In this document: in pieces, positions 27,363 to 36,057 of the stretch | Layout: the number at the start of each line of letters is the position of its first letter | How positions within the stretch are numbered: position 1 is the stretch's first letter | Assembly: GCA_964486625.1 (NCBI GenBank) | Contig: CAZANW010000002.1 | Coordinates: forward strand, 1-52,743 | DNA from: an uncultured Halobacteria archaeon | GTDB lineage: Archaea > Halobacteriota > Syntropharchaeia > JACQPP01 | Reading direction: 5' to 3' | DNA: 52,743 nucleotides | Program-made: the position numbers and the translations under genes | The notes under the pieces: model-generated | What the model saw: the letters and a program-made list of their open reading frames with translations, nothing else | Told to the model about the DNA's origin: nothing | The model's database searches: none

Positions 27363-27805
27363 CATTGTTGCCGCTCCCCCCGGAAACCTCCCGTCCCGTC
27401 GTCGTGGGCCTCTACCCTGTGACGCCTTCGCGTCGCGTGACAGTCAAAGAATCAGGCCCGCGCCGGTCCTCTCGGGAACCCTCTCGTTTCGTCGGCAACG
27501 GGATGAATCACCTGGTGAGAGGGAGGAGGGGGAGCAGGGCCCCCCCTCCTGATGGGGGTGCGCCCGCGCGTAGCGGGAGCGCTCACGCGAACGCCAAGCG
27601 TCCGCGGACTCTCCCGCCGGGGCCGAGAGGTTGGCTCGGGCTCGGGCCGCCTCTCCGTTCCGGGCCCTCCCCGTGCGGGGAGCCGGACGCGAGGAGCGGC
27701 CGGGATGGGCCCCGGCAGGAGCGGGAAATGCCGTGCAGGCCACGGGACGGAAGGCGGGGGCGGGGCCCGTCAGGTCCGCGAGGAACCGGAAGGCGACCCT
27801 GGAGG

Positions 27806-27958
27806 TCATGTCTCGTTCCGCGCCCCCGGAAGAGGGGAGGGGCGGAGATGAAGCCGGCACATCATCTCCGTCATCCACTCCCCCAAGGCTGAAACGACGC
27901 CCATGAGCGCGAGGAGGGGGGCCCCGAGGACCAGCGCGACGAACACCGGCGGAACCAT
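27806..27958 (-). CDS. Possible 50-aa single-pass membrane peptide (below the ORF-track length cutoff)
   Basis: It translates as MVPPVFVALVLGAPLLALMGVVSALGEWMTEMMCRLHLRPSPLPGARNET. CTTTATATG (reverse complement of about 27982-27990) lies about 25 nt upstream of the ATG, matching the box at 5552-5561. There is no homology evidence. Confidence 0.3.
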   Translation of the reverse strand: MVPPVFVALVLGAPLLALMGVVSALGEWMTEMMCRLHLRPSPLPGARNET

Positions 27959-28120
27959 CGCGTGGTTCCCGCACCTCGATTTCATATAAAGATTGCCAAG
28001 AATTTTTGCGCTGCGTTGTGAGACCCGCAGCTGTGTTCCGACCTTTTCTTACGGGCTCAACCGAGCCCGCGCGCGAGCGTGCGAAAGCGCCCACTTGACG
28101 CTACTTCTGCCTTACCCGAC

Positions 28121-28246
28121 GGGCCGCGCGCTCGGCGCCGGAGCTCGGGCTCGCTGCGCTCGCCTTCGCCAGCACCGCCCCTCGCTTCGCCCGGGGCTCG
28201 TCGCAAATTGGCGCTGGGGGCCGACGTCGCGCTGCGGCCCTTGCTC
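28121..28246. repeat. GC-rich structured mosaic repeat, locus C
   Basis: GGGCCGCGCGCTCGGCGCC...TCGTCGCAAATTGGCGCTGGGGGCCGACGTCGCGCTGCGGCCCTTGC shares both end blocks and the TCGCAAATTGGCGCTGGGGG block with loci A and B. Confidence 0.75.
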
Positions 28247-28394
28247 CCCCACCACCCTATTTTGCACTGTTTCGACAGAGACAAAGCCTCCCGGAGGCGG
28301 TTTTTTCGCCATCCTCCGCAGGTAAATATATATACCCCCTTTCCAACGATACGCCGGGGACAATGGATAGGAAATCGCCCCACCCGGGGTAGCC

Positions 28395-31300
28395 ATGTAT
28401 ATCAAGGAAATCGAATTCAGGAACTTCAAGACCTTCGTCAAGGCCAAGGTCCCCCTCCTGCCGGGCTTCACCGCCGTCACCGGCCCCAACGGCGCGGGGA
28501 AGTCCAACATCATCGACGGCGTCAACTTCGCCCTCGGCCTCGCCTCCACCCGCAAACTGCGGGCCGAGGACCTCTCGGGCTTCATCCACAAATCCAAGGG
28601 GGGCCGGAGCGGGGACTCCGCGGAGGTCACCCTCGTCTTCGACAACTCCGACGGGGCCCTCGGGCCCGAGCCCGAGATTCGCGTCACCCGCCGGGTCAAA
28701 CTCGACTCGAAGGAGCAGCCCTCCAGCGTCTTCGCCTGGAACGACGACCGCCTCACCCTGGGCGAGTTGCGGGAGAGGTTGCTGAAGGTCAACATCGCCC
28801 CCGAGGGGCACAACGTCGTCCTTCAGGGGGAGGTCAACGCCGTCGCCAAGGGGCTCTCCGACCTGGAGCGCCGCAAGATGATTGACGAGATTGCGGGTGT
28901 GGCCGAGTTCGACGAGCGGCGCGAGAAGGCGAAGGAGGAACTGGTCGTGGTGAAGGAGCGGCTCAAGGAGGTGGACGCCCGCATCTCGGTGTGGGAGGAG
29001 CAGATGGGCCTCCTCCAGGTGGAGAAGGAGAAGGCAGCGGCCTACAAGGGCCTCGCGGACGAGAAAACTCGGACCGAGGCCCTCCTGCGCGCGGCCCAGC
29101 GCTCGCACCTCCAGGCGGAACTGGCGCGGAACCGGGAGGCGGCGCTGAAGAGGGCGAAGGAGGGGGAGAAACTGCAGGCCGAGGGGGAGAAATTGCGGAA
29201 GGAGAGGGCCGCTCTTCAGGAGGAGTTGGACCGGCTGGAGAAGGAGTTGCGGGACTCCGAGGATGCGACCCTGCGGAAACTCCGGGAGTCGGTCGAGGAG
29301 GCCCTCCAGGAGACGAGCGCGAAGAAAACCGCCATCGGGGAGATGGAGAAGCGCGTCGCGGAGGCGGAGGGCGAGGCGCACCGGCGGTCGGTCCTCATCT
29401 CGATGAAGAAGGAGGAGGCGGCCCGGGCCGCGGCCGACCTGGAGGCGGCGGAGGAGGTTCGGAAGGAGAAGAGGAGGGACGTGGACGCCCTCCGGCGGAA
29501 ACTCGGCGTGGGCGGGGCGGAGGGCGCGGAGGCGGTGGACAAGCCCGCCCGCCTCGATGCCCTGCGGCGGGACATCCGCAACCTGGAGGAGGAGCGGCTC
29601 CGGGTCGAGCGGGAACTGGACGACCGGGTCCGCTCCCTCGCCCGGAAGACCGGCGAGCACAGCGCGCTCGCGAAGGAGGTCGAGGAACTCCAGCAGAAAC
29701 TGGCCTCATTGGAGGAGCAGCAGCGGGCCCGGGTCCAGGCCTCCGAGGCGGCCCGGGCCGAGAGGAACAAGCACGTGAAGGAAATCGCCCTCCTCTCGGA
29801 GCGGCTGGACAAGCTGGAGGCGGCGTCCGCCGCGGCCGCCCAGCGCGCCCACGAGGCCCGGCGGGAGATGGAGCGCTCGGCGATTGGCTCGGGCCGCAGC
29901 CCCGCGGTGGCCGAGGTCCTCGACGCGGCGCGGAAACAGGAACTGGGCGGCGTCCTGGGGACCGTCGGCGACCTCATCCAGGTGGACGCGAAGCACGCCT
30001 TGGCCCTCGAAGCCGCGGCCGGGGGGCGCCTGGAGTGGGTCGTGATGGAGGGGGTCGAGGACGTCGCGCAGGCGCGGAGCCACCTGAAGAAGAAAGGCGT
30101 CCCGGGCCGCGTCACCCTCCTACCCCTCGACAAACTGGAGCCGCCCCGCAGGTCCCCCGGGCCCCGCGGGGAGGGGGTCGTGGGGGCCGCCATGGACCTC
30201 GTCTCCATCCGGCCGGGCCTCGAAGCGGCTCTGTGGGCCGCCGTGGGGGACACGGTCTTCGTGCAGGATTTCGACAGCGCCAAGCCCTACATCGGCCGCT
30301 GCCGCCTCGCCTCCCTGGAAGGGGACCTCTTCGAGCGTGCCGGGGCCATCACCGTCGGGGTGCTGCCGCGGCGCTTCCTCGGCAAGGCCCGGGAGGCCCA
30401 GGAGGCCCTTGCGGAAGCGGAGGAGCGGTTGCGAAATGCCGAGGAGGAGCAGGCCGCGGTCGAGCAGGCGTTGAAGGGACTGAAGGAGCGGGCCGATGCG
30501 GCGGGGCTGGAGACCGCCCGGGCCGAGAAGGAGATGGAGGGGCTCCAGGCGGCCCTGGCCGCCGTCCGGGCGGAACTGGAGCGCAAGGCCGCCGCCCTGC
30601 AGCCCCTGGCGGAGGAGGCGGGGACGGGGATTCTGGACGACCTCCGGAAGCGTAAGGAGAGCCTCGAAGCGCAGGAAGGGAAAGCGCGGAAGGAGGCCCG
30701 GGCACTGGAAGAGGAGTTGGGCGAGGTCGCGGAGGCTCTGGGGGAAACGGCCAAACTGCAGGAGGTCCTCCGGGGGCGGGAGGAGGCGCTGGCGGCCGCG
30801 GTCCTGGAGGCGGAGCGGCTCGCCCTGAAGGCGGACGCGGCCAAAAGTGCGTTCCAGGAGGCGGAGGCGGAACTGGAGCGGCTGGAGAAAGAGCGGGAGG
30901 ACCTCCAGGCGAGAATCGAGAAAGCGAAGAAGGAAATCCGCGACCTCGAGGAGCGCTTGAAGGAGTTGCGGGCGAAGGAGGACGAGGTCGGAGTCTCCAC
31001 TAAGAAACTGCGCAACTCCCGCGAGGAGGCGATGGCTGCCCTGGCGAAACTGACCGAGGAGATTCACGCCCGGGAGAAGGATGCGGAACTGCTGAGGCGC
31101 GACGTCGAGCAGTTGGAGACCGCGGCGGGGGCCCTGGCGGCGGAACTGGAGCGCATCCGCTCCCTGGGGCCGGAAGCGGACGAGGCGAACCTGCCGCCGG
31201 TCGAGGAACTCCAGGCCCGCTTGCGGGTGGCGGACGAGCGCCTCCAGGCGATGGGTCCGGTGAACCAGCGCGCCCTGGAAGACTACGCGGAACTGGAGGC

Positions 31301-31877
31301 CCGGAGGAATGAACTCCAGGAACAGCGGGACCAGTTGGGCAAGGAGCGCAAGGAGTTGCTGGAGCGCATGGACCGGTGCGAGGAGATGAAGCGGGAGGCG
31401 TTCATGGACGCCTTCAAGGCGGTGGACCGCTCCTTCCGGGAGATTTTCGCTGAACTCGCGGACGGGAAGGGCTCCCTCGCCCTCGAGAACGACGAGGACC
31501 CCTTCGCGGGCGGCATGAAAATCAGGGCCCAGCCCCGGGGCAAGACGATGCTCGACCTCCGCTCCCGCTCCGGCGGCGAGCAGACCCTCATCGCCCTCGC
31601 CTTCCTCCTCGCCCTCCAGTCCTACAGGCCCGCCCCCTTCTACGCCTTCGACGAGGTGGACATGCACCTCGACGGCGTCAACATCGAGCGGGTGGCGAAG
31701 CGCATCCGGAGGTTCGCGGACCGCGCCCAGTTCATCGTGGTCTCGTTGCGGGAGCCGATGGTGGAAGCGGCCGACCGCACCATCGGGGTGGCCATGCAGG
31801 AGACCGATGTATCGACTGTTACGGGAATCGTGTTGGGTAAAGGCGGCGAAGTGGAGACGGAGGTGAAGGTGGCGTGA
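28395..31877 (+). CDS. smc: Chromosome segregation protein SMC
   Basis: It has Walker A GPNGAGKSN, long coiled coils, a hinge, the signature SGGEQTL and Walker B FYAFDEVDMHLD. It is 1160 aa. Confidence 0.95.
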   Translation: MYIKEIEFRNFKTFVKAKVPLLPGFTAVTGPNGAGKSNIIDGVNFALGLASTRKLRAEDLSGFIHKSKGGRSGDSAEVTLVFDNSDGALGPEPEIRVTRRVKLDSKEQPSSVFAWNDDRLTLGELRERLLKVNIAPEGHNVVLQGEVNAVAKGLSDLERRKMIDEIAGVAEFDERREKAKEELVVVKERLKEVDARISVWEEQMGLLQVEKEKAAAYKGLADEKTRTEALLRAAQRSHLQAELARNREAALKRAKEGEKLQAEGEKLRKERAALQEELDRLEKELRDSEDATLRKLRESVEEALQETSAKKTAIGEMEKRVAEAEGEAHRRSVLISMKKEEAARAAADLEAAEEVRKEKRRDVDALRRKLGVGGAEGAEAVDKPARLDALRRDIRNLEEERLRVERELDDRVRSLARKTGEHSALAKEVEELQQKLASLEEQQRARVQASEAARAERNKHVKEIALLSERLDKLEAASAAAAQRAHEARREMERSAIGSGRSPAVAEVLDAARKQELGGVLGTVGDLIQVDAKHALALEAAAGGRLEWVVMEGVEDVAQARSHLKKKGVPGRVTLLPLDKLEPPRRSPGPRGEGVVGAAMDLVSIRPGLEAALWAAVGDTVFVQDFDSAKPYIGRCRLASLEGDLFERAGAITVGVLPRRFLGKAREAQEALAEAEERLRNAEEEQAAVEQALKGLKERADAAGLETARAEKEMEGLQAALAAVRAELERKAAALQPLAEEAGTGILDDLRKRKESLEAQEGKARKEARALEEELGEVAEALGETAKLQEVLRGREEALAAAVLEAERLALKADAAKSAFQEAEAELERLEKEREDLQARIEKAKKEIRDLEERLKELRAKEDEVGVSTKKLRNSREEAMAALAKLTEEIHAREKDAELLRRDVEQLETAAGALAAELERIRSLGPEADEANLPPVEELQARLRVADERLQAMGPVNQRALEDYAELEARRNELQEQRDQLGKERKELLERMDRCEEMKREAFMDAFKAVDRSFREIFAELADGKGSLALENDEDPFAGGMKIRAQPRGKTMLDLRSRSGGEQTLIALAFLLALQSYRPAPFYAFDEVDMHLDGVNIERVAKRIRRFADRAQFIVVSLREPMVEAADRTIGVAMQETDVSTVTGIVLGKGGEVETEVKVA

Positions 31878-31961
31878 GTCTGGGGAAGATAGACCGGGGC
31901 TATCGCCAGTCATATCACTTCTTTGATTCTTGGACGCCCGCGGCGAGGAACGAGCCGCGGG

Positions 31962-32042
31962 CATGCAGGAGACCGACATCTCCACGGTGACGGGAATCGA
32001 CCTCAAGGCGGCCGCGGAGGAGACCGAAGTGAAGGTTGCTTA
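31962..32042 (+). other. Ghost duplicate of the smc 3' end (MQETDISTVTGIDLKAAAEETEVKVA*)
   Basis: It is homologous to the real SMC C-terminus MQETDVSTVTGIVLGKGGEVETEVKVA* (31794-31877). The 15-nt repeat CATGCAGGAGACCGA occurs at 31793-31807 and 31962-31976. Confidence 0.75.
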
Positions 32043-32066
32043 ATCCGCAACGCGGAAATCTCCAAA

Positions 32067-33146
32067 GTGCTCTACATCCTCTTCACCACCGGCCGGTGCA
32101 ACCTCGACTGCGCCTACTGCGGCGGCAGTTTCCCCAAAGACCTCGTTCCGCACAAGGTGGAATACGACCTGGACGACCTGCGGCGGTTCGTCGCGGGGGA
32201 CCCGGAGGCGGTCGTCGCGTTCTACGGCGGGGAGCCGCTGCTGAACCCCGGCTTCATCCGGGAGGTGATGGAGCATGTCCCCGCCCGGCACTTCGCCATC
32301 CAGACCAACGGCTTGGCGGTGAATCGCATTCCGCCGGAATGCTGGCGGAGGTTCGACGCGGTCCTCCTCTCCGTGGACGGGAGGGAGGAGGTGACCGACC
32401 GGTTCCGGGGGCGGGGGGTCTACCGGGCCGCCCTCCGGGGCGCGCGCCGCCTCCGCGACGCCGGGTTCCGCGGCGACCTCATCGCCCGCATGACCCTGAC
32501 TGAGGAGGGGGACGTCTGGTCCGACGTGACCCACCTCCTCGCCCTCGGCATTTTCAATCACGTCCACTGGCAGCTGAACGCGGTGTGGTCCGAGCCTTGG
32601 AGGGACCTCGGGGGATGGCTGGAGAACTCCTACAGGCCCGGCCTCCGCAGACTCCGGGAGTTCTGGGTCCGGGAGATGGAGGGGGGGAGGGTCCCCGGCA
32701 TCGCCCCCTTCCTCGGCGTGGCGCGGAGGATGCTGTTTGGCGACGTGCCCGCGTGTCCCCTCCCCTGCGAAGCGGGCGACGGCGCGGTGGCGGTCACCCC
32801 CCGGGGCGACGTTCTGGCCTGCCCCATCGCAGTTCGTGAGGCGTGGGCGAGGATGGGCCACCTCCGCGACGGCAGGGGGGCGCTGATGCCGGTCCGGGTC
32901 GGCGAGCCCTGCACCTCCTGCTCCATCTACCGCTTCTGCGGGGGGCGGTGCCTCTACGCCCACAAGGAGGGGCCCCGGTTCTGGCCTCGGGAGGAGCGCG
33001 AGAGGGTGTGCGACGCGACCCGGTGGCTGGTGGCGGAGGTGGCGGAGGCGAAGGAGCGGATTGCCGGGCTCCTGGCGGAGGGCGTGGTCCCGCCGGGCCC
33101 CCTCCGCTACCCCGAGTTCAACAACACGGTGGAAGTGCTTCCGTGA
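32067..33146 (+). CDS. Radical SAM enzyme with SPASM/twitch-type C-terminal Cys clusters (putative peptide-modifying maturase, AF0577-like)
   Basis: It has CNLDCAYCGG (CxxxCxxC) and C-terminal CPLPCEAG...ACP...CTSCSIYRFCGGRC. The start is uncertain: in-frame GTG 32067 is the first plausible start after the ghost smc stop, and the track's TTG 31923 start is unlikely. Confidence 0.75.
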   Translation: MLYILFTTGRCNLDCAYCGGSFPKDLVPHKVEYDLDDLRRFVAGDPEAVVAFYGGEPLLNPGFIREVMEHVPARHFAIQTNGLAVNRIPPECWRRFDAVLLSVDGREEVTDRFRGRGVYRAALRGARRLRDAGFRGDLIARMTLTEEGDVWSDVTHLLALGIFNHVHWQLNAVWSEPWRDLGGWLENSYRPGLRRLREFWVREMEGGRVPGIAPFLGVARRMLFGDVPACPLPCEAGDGAVAVTPRGDVLACPIAVREAWARMGHLRDGRGALMPVRVGEPCTSCSIYRFCGGRCLYAHKEGPRFWPREERERVCDATRWLVAEVAEAKERIAGLLAEGVVPPGPLRYPEFNNTVEVLP

Positions 33147-33258
33147 ATTTAAAAATCCGCATCGGGGGCCGGTAAGTTTATTAACCACCCACCCGTAACT
33201 GCGCCGAAGGGGATGGAAGGAACTAACCGTCTCATAGCGACCCCGGGAGGCGGGTGCC

Positions 33259-34002
33259 GTGGCCCTTGAGATTGCCCGGCCTGACATCGGCGCCCTCCTC
33301 GCGTCGGACATGGAGACCGAGGACCTCATCGAGCGCCTCGCGGGACTGGCCACCGCGGGCGAAATCAACCCCTGGGACGTGGACATCGTCTCGGTCTACG
33401 ACCGGTTCATGGAGGTCATGGCGGAGAAGAAGCGCCTCGACCTCCGCGTCTCGGGCCGCTCCATCTACTACGCGGCGGTCCTCCTCCGCCTCAAGGCCGA
33501 GGCCCTGAACTTCTACGAGGAGCCCGAGCCGCCGCCCCCGGAGTGGAACGGCTACGCCCACCTCGTGGAGCCCCCCGACCTGCCCCGGCTCCGGTTCATC
33601 CGCCGCGCCCCGCGGCCCGTGGTCTTGGACGAATTGGCCGAGGCCCTGCGCGATGCGGAGACCCTCTACCGCCGCCGCCTGGAGCGGCAGGCCTCCCGCC
33701 CGGTGGACCCCGGGGAGGTCCTCAAGTTCCACGAGGAAGACATCGAGAACCGCATCCGCATCGTGTCGGAGCTCCTGCGGAAACTTTTCGGCCCGCACAA
33801 GACCGTCTGCCTCGACGACCTTCTGGACACCCTCGGCCACGAGCGGCGGACGGTGGTCTTCACCTTCATGGCCCTCCTCTTCCTCGCGACCCGCGGGATG
33901 GTGGCCGCGGCGGACGGGGAGAACCCGCTGCCCGGCGCCGCGGTCTCCATCACCCTCACCCAGGAGGAGCTCTTCGGGACGCTCCTGGTGAACCCGAGAT
34001 GA
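33259..34002 (+). CDS. scpA: Segregation and condensation protein A (kleisin)
   Basis: It has GEINPWDVDIVSVYDRFMEVM and a C-terminal WH domain. It is followed by scpB with an ATGA overlap. Confidence 0.85.
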   Translation: MALEIARPDIGALLASDMETEDLIERLAGLATAGEINPWDVDIVSVYDRFMEVMAEKKRLDLRVSGRSIYYAAVLLRLKAEALNFYEEPEPPPPEWNGYAHLVEPPDLPRLRFIRRAPRPVVLDELAEALRDAETLYRRRLERQASRPVDPGEVLKFHEEDIENRIRIVSELLRKLFGPHKTVCLDDLLDTLGHERRTVVFTFMALLFLATRGMVAAADGENPLPGAAVSITLTQEELFGTLLVNPR

Positions 34003-34559
34003 CCCAGGCCCCCGGCCCCATCGAGATCATCGAAGCCGCCCTCTTCGCCGCGGGCAAGACGGTCTCCCGGGACGAACTGGCCAAGATGGCGGGGATCGAG
34101 CCGGGCGAGGTGGACCGCCTCGTGAAGGAACTTCGCAAGGCCTATGAGGGCCGGGCGATGGAGATTGCCGACCTCGAGGGGCGCTACATCATGCAGGTCC
34201 GGCCCGCCCTCGCCCCGCGGGTCCGGGCGCTGGCGCCGATGGAGATGGACCCCTCGATTCTCCGGACCCTGAGCATCGTCGCCTACAACCAGCCCGTGAC
34301 CCAGGCCGACGTGGTCCGGGTCCGGGGGGCCAAGACCTACGACCACGTCCGCTTCTTGGAGGAGCGGAAACTCGTCAAGAGCCGGCCCTACGGCCACACC
34401 AAGATTCTCGAGACCACGGAGGAGTTCGATGCATACTTCATGATTGAAAAACTGGAACGGCCCGAGGGGGCCACGCTGACCCTGCCCGCCCCCGGCAGCC
34501 CGGAATCGGCAGCGGTCGAAGTCGCGGTCGAGACCGCCGGGGCGTCAAAAGGTTCTTAA
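33999..34559 (+). CDS. scpB: Segregation and condensation protein B
   Basis: IEIIEAALFAAGKTVSRDELAKM and LRTLSIVAYNQPVTQADVVRVRG are tandem WH motifs. ATG 33999 overlaps the scpA stop. Confidence 0.85.
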   Translation: MTQAPGPIEIIEAALFAAGKTVSRDELAKMAGIEPGEVDRLVKELRKAYEGRAMEIADLEGRYIMQVRPALAPRVRALAPMEMDPSILRTLSIVAYNQPVTQADVVRVRGAKTYDHVRFLEERKLVKSRPYGHTKILETTEEFDAYFMIEKLERPEGATLTLPAPGSPESAAVEVAVETAGASKGS

Positions 34560-34580
34560 GGCGCACTCCGAACTCCCGGG

Positions 34581-35783
34581 ATGCTCGGGTTCGACGTTTC
34601 CGAGGAGCAGAAGATGGCGAAGCAGGCCGCGGCCGAGTTCGCGAAGCGGCTCGCCCCCAAGCGGGACAAGGTCCTGCTCCACAAGGACAAGGACGGCTAC
34701 AAGGGCCTCCACGACGAGGCCTGGAAGGGAATGGCCGAGCTGGGCCTCTTCGGCTGCCTCATCCCCGAGAAATACGGCGGCAACGGCCTCGGCCTCCTGA
34801 CGGAGGTCATGATGATGGAGGAGATTGCGAGCCAGGGCCTCGGGAGCCCCGTCATTGTGACCACCACCATGGACGTCTGCTGCCTCCTGCGGGTGGGCAG
34901 CGAGGCCCTGAAGCAGAAATACCTGCCCAAGGTCGCCTCGGGCGAGAGCATGCTCTCCTTCGCCCTCACCGAGCCCGACGCGGGCTCCAACTCGGTCCGC
35001 GTCAAGACCGAGGCGAAGAAGGACGGCAACGTCTACCGCCTCACCGGCCAGAAGATATTCATCACCGGCGCCGACTGGACCGACTCGATGCTGGTCGTGG
35101 CCCGGACCATCCCCTACGAGACCGTGGCCAAGCAGGGCAAGCCCCGCTTCTACGGGCTCTCCCTCTTCATGGTGGACCTCAAGAAGAGCAAGGGCGTCAC
35201 CCTGAGCAAGATTCCCATCCACGGCTTCGAGGGGGCCGAGCAGTTCGTGGTCTTCTTCGACAACGTGGAGGTCCCCGCCGAGAACCTCGTCTACAAGGAG
35301 AACGAGGGGGGCATCGCCCTTTTCAACTCCCTCAACCCCGAGCGCATCATCGCCGCCGCCGACGCCCTCGGCATCTCCGAGTTCGCCCTCCGCCGGGCCG
35401 TGGACTACGCCAAGCAGCGGAAGGTGTTCAAGGACACCCCCATCGGGGCCTACCAGGCCCTCCAGCACCCCCTCGCCGAGTCCCGCATCCAGCTGGAGGC
35501 GGCGCGGCTGCTGACCTACCGGGCCGCCTGGACCTACGACAAGGGCGCCCCGGTCCCCGAGGTCGGGAAGTGGGCCAACATGGCCAAACTCGCCGCCAGC
35601 GACGCCGCCATCAAGACGGTGGACAACGCCCTCGAGACCCTCGGCGGCTACGCGTTCTCCGAGGAGTACGGCATCGTCCACCTGTGGGACATGGCCCGCA
35701 TCCTGAAGACCATCCCCATCAGCCGGGAGATGATTCTGAACTTCGTCGGCGAGCACGTGCTGGGGCTGCCGAAATCCTACTGA
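34581..35783 (+). CDS. Acyl-CoA dehydrogenase
   Basis: It has FALTEPDAGSN, the YRAAW helical C-domain and a full-length 400-aa ORF. Confidence 0.9.
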   Translation: MLGFDVSEEQKMAKQAAAEFAKRLAPKRDKVLLHKDKDGYKGLHDEAWKGMAELGLFGCLIPEKYGGNGLGLLTEVMMMEEIASQGLGSPVIVTTTMDVCCLLRVGSEALKQKYLPKVASGESMLSFALTEPDAGSNSVRVKTEAKKDGNVYRLTGQKIFITGADWTDSMLVVARTIPYETVAKQGKPRFYGLSLFMVDLKKSKGVTLSKIPIHGFEGAEQFVVFFDNVEVPAENLVYKENEGGIALFNSLNPERIIAAADALGISEFALRRAVDYAKQRKVFKDTPIGAYQALQHPLAESRIQLEAARLLTYRAAWTYDKGAPVPEVGKWANMAKLAASDAAIKTVDNALETLGGYAFSEEYGIVHLWDMARILKTIPISREMILNFVGEHVLGLPKSY

Positions 35784-35919
35784 GGCAACCTGCCGGCGCA
35801 GGTGGGGGTGGTGGCGGGGGGCGGGGAGAGAGAAACGCCGTCGTTTGTCAATCTTCTGAGCAAGAGCGGCGAGACTCTGACAGGTCGCTTTCGAAAAGGC
35901 CGCCCCAGCGGGGGTCGTC

Positions 35920-36057
35920 GGTCAGGCCGCGCGCTCAGTGGCCTGCTCGCCCTCGCTCGGGCTCCGTCGGCGGCGGTACTGAGCGCCCGCACGGCTCGCG
36001 CACATCACAATACTGCCGCCTACGGCCGCCTTCGCGCTGCGGCCCTTGCGCTTGCAA
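35920..36057. repeat. GC-rich structured mosaic repeat, locus D (module 2 type)
   Basis: GGTCAGGCCGCGCGCTC...CGTCGGCGGCGG...GGCTCGCGCACATCACAATACTGCCGCCTACGGCCGCCTTCGCGCTGCGGCCCTTGCGCTTGCAAC aligns to the reverse complement of 21341-21494. It overlaps the 3' end of the dihydroorotase ORF. Confidence 0.75.

Noticed and set aside
27363-27800. SRP (7S) RNA in the RPA-smc gap
   Set aside because: GTCAGGTCCG and CCGGAAGG resemble helix-8 fragments. However, the conserved archaeal GGCCCGGAAGGGAGCA context (GNAR loop plus AGCA) is absent on both strands.
28257-32006. ORFs 28257..29660 (-), 28991..30655 (+), 29216..30283 (-), 30120..32006 (-), 30287..31015 (-)
   Set aside because: All overlap the SMC coiled-coil region, and their repetitive translations mirror the Glu/Ala/Leu/Arg-rich sense frame. 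They are shadow ORFs.
31923-32066. TTG 31923 as the start of the radical SAM gene
   Set aside because: This N-terminal extension would read through the ghost smc segment in another frame and is Arg/Gly-rich. The conserved radical SAM N-terminus begins near 32043-32067.
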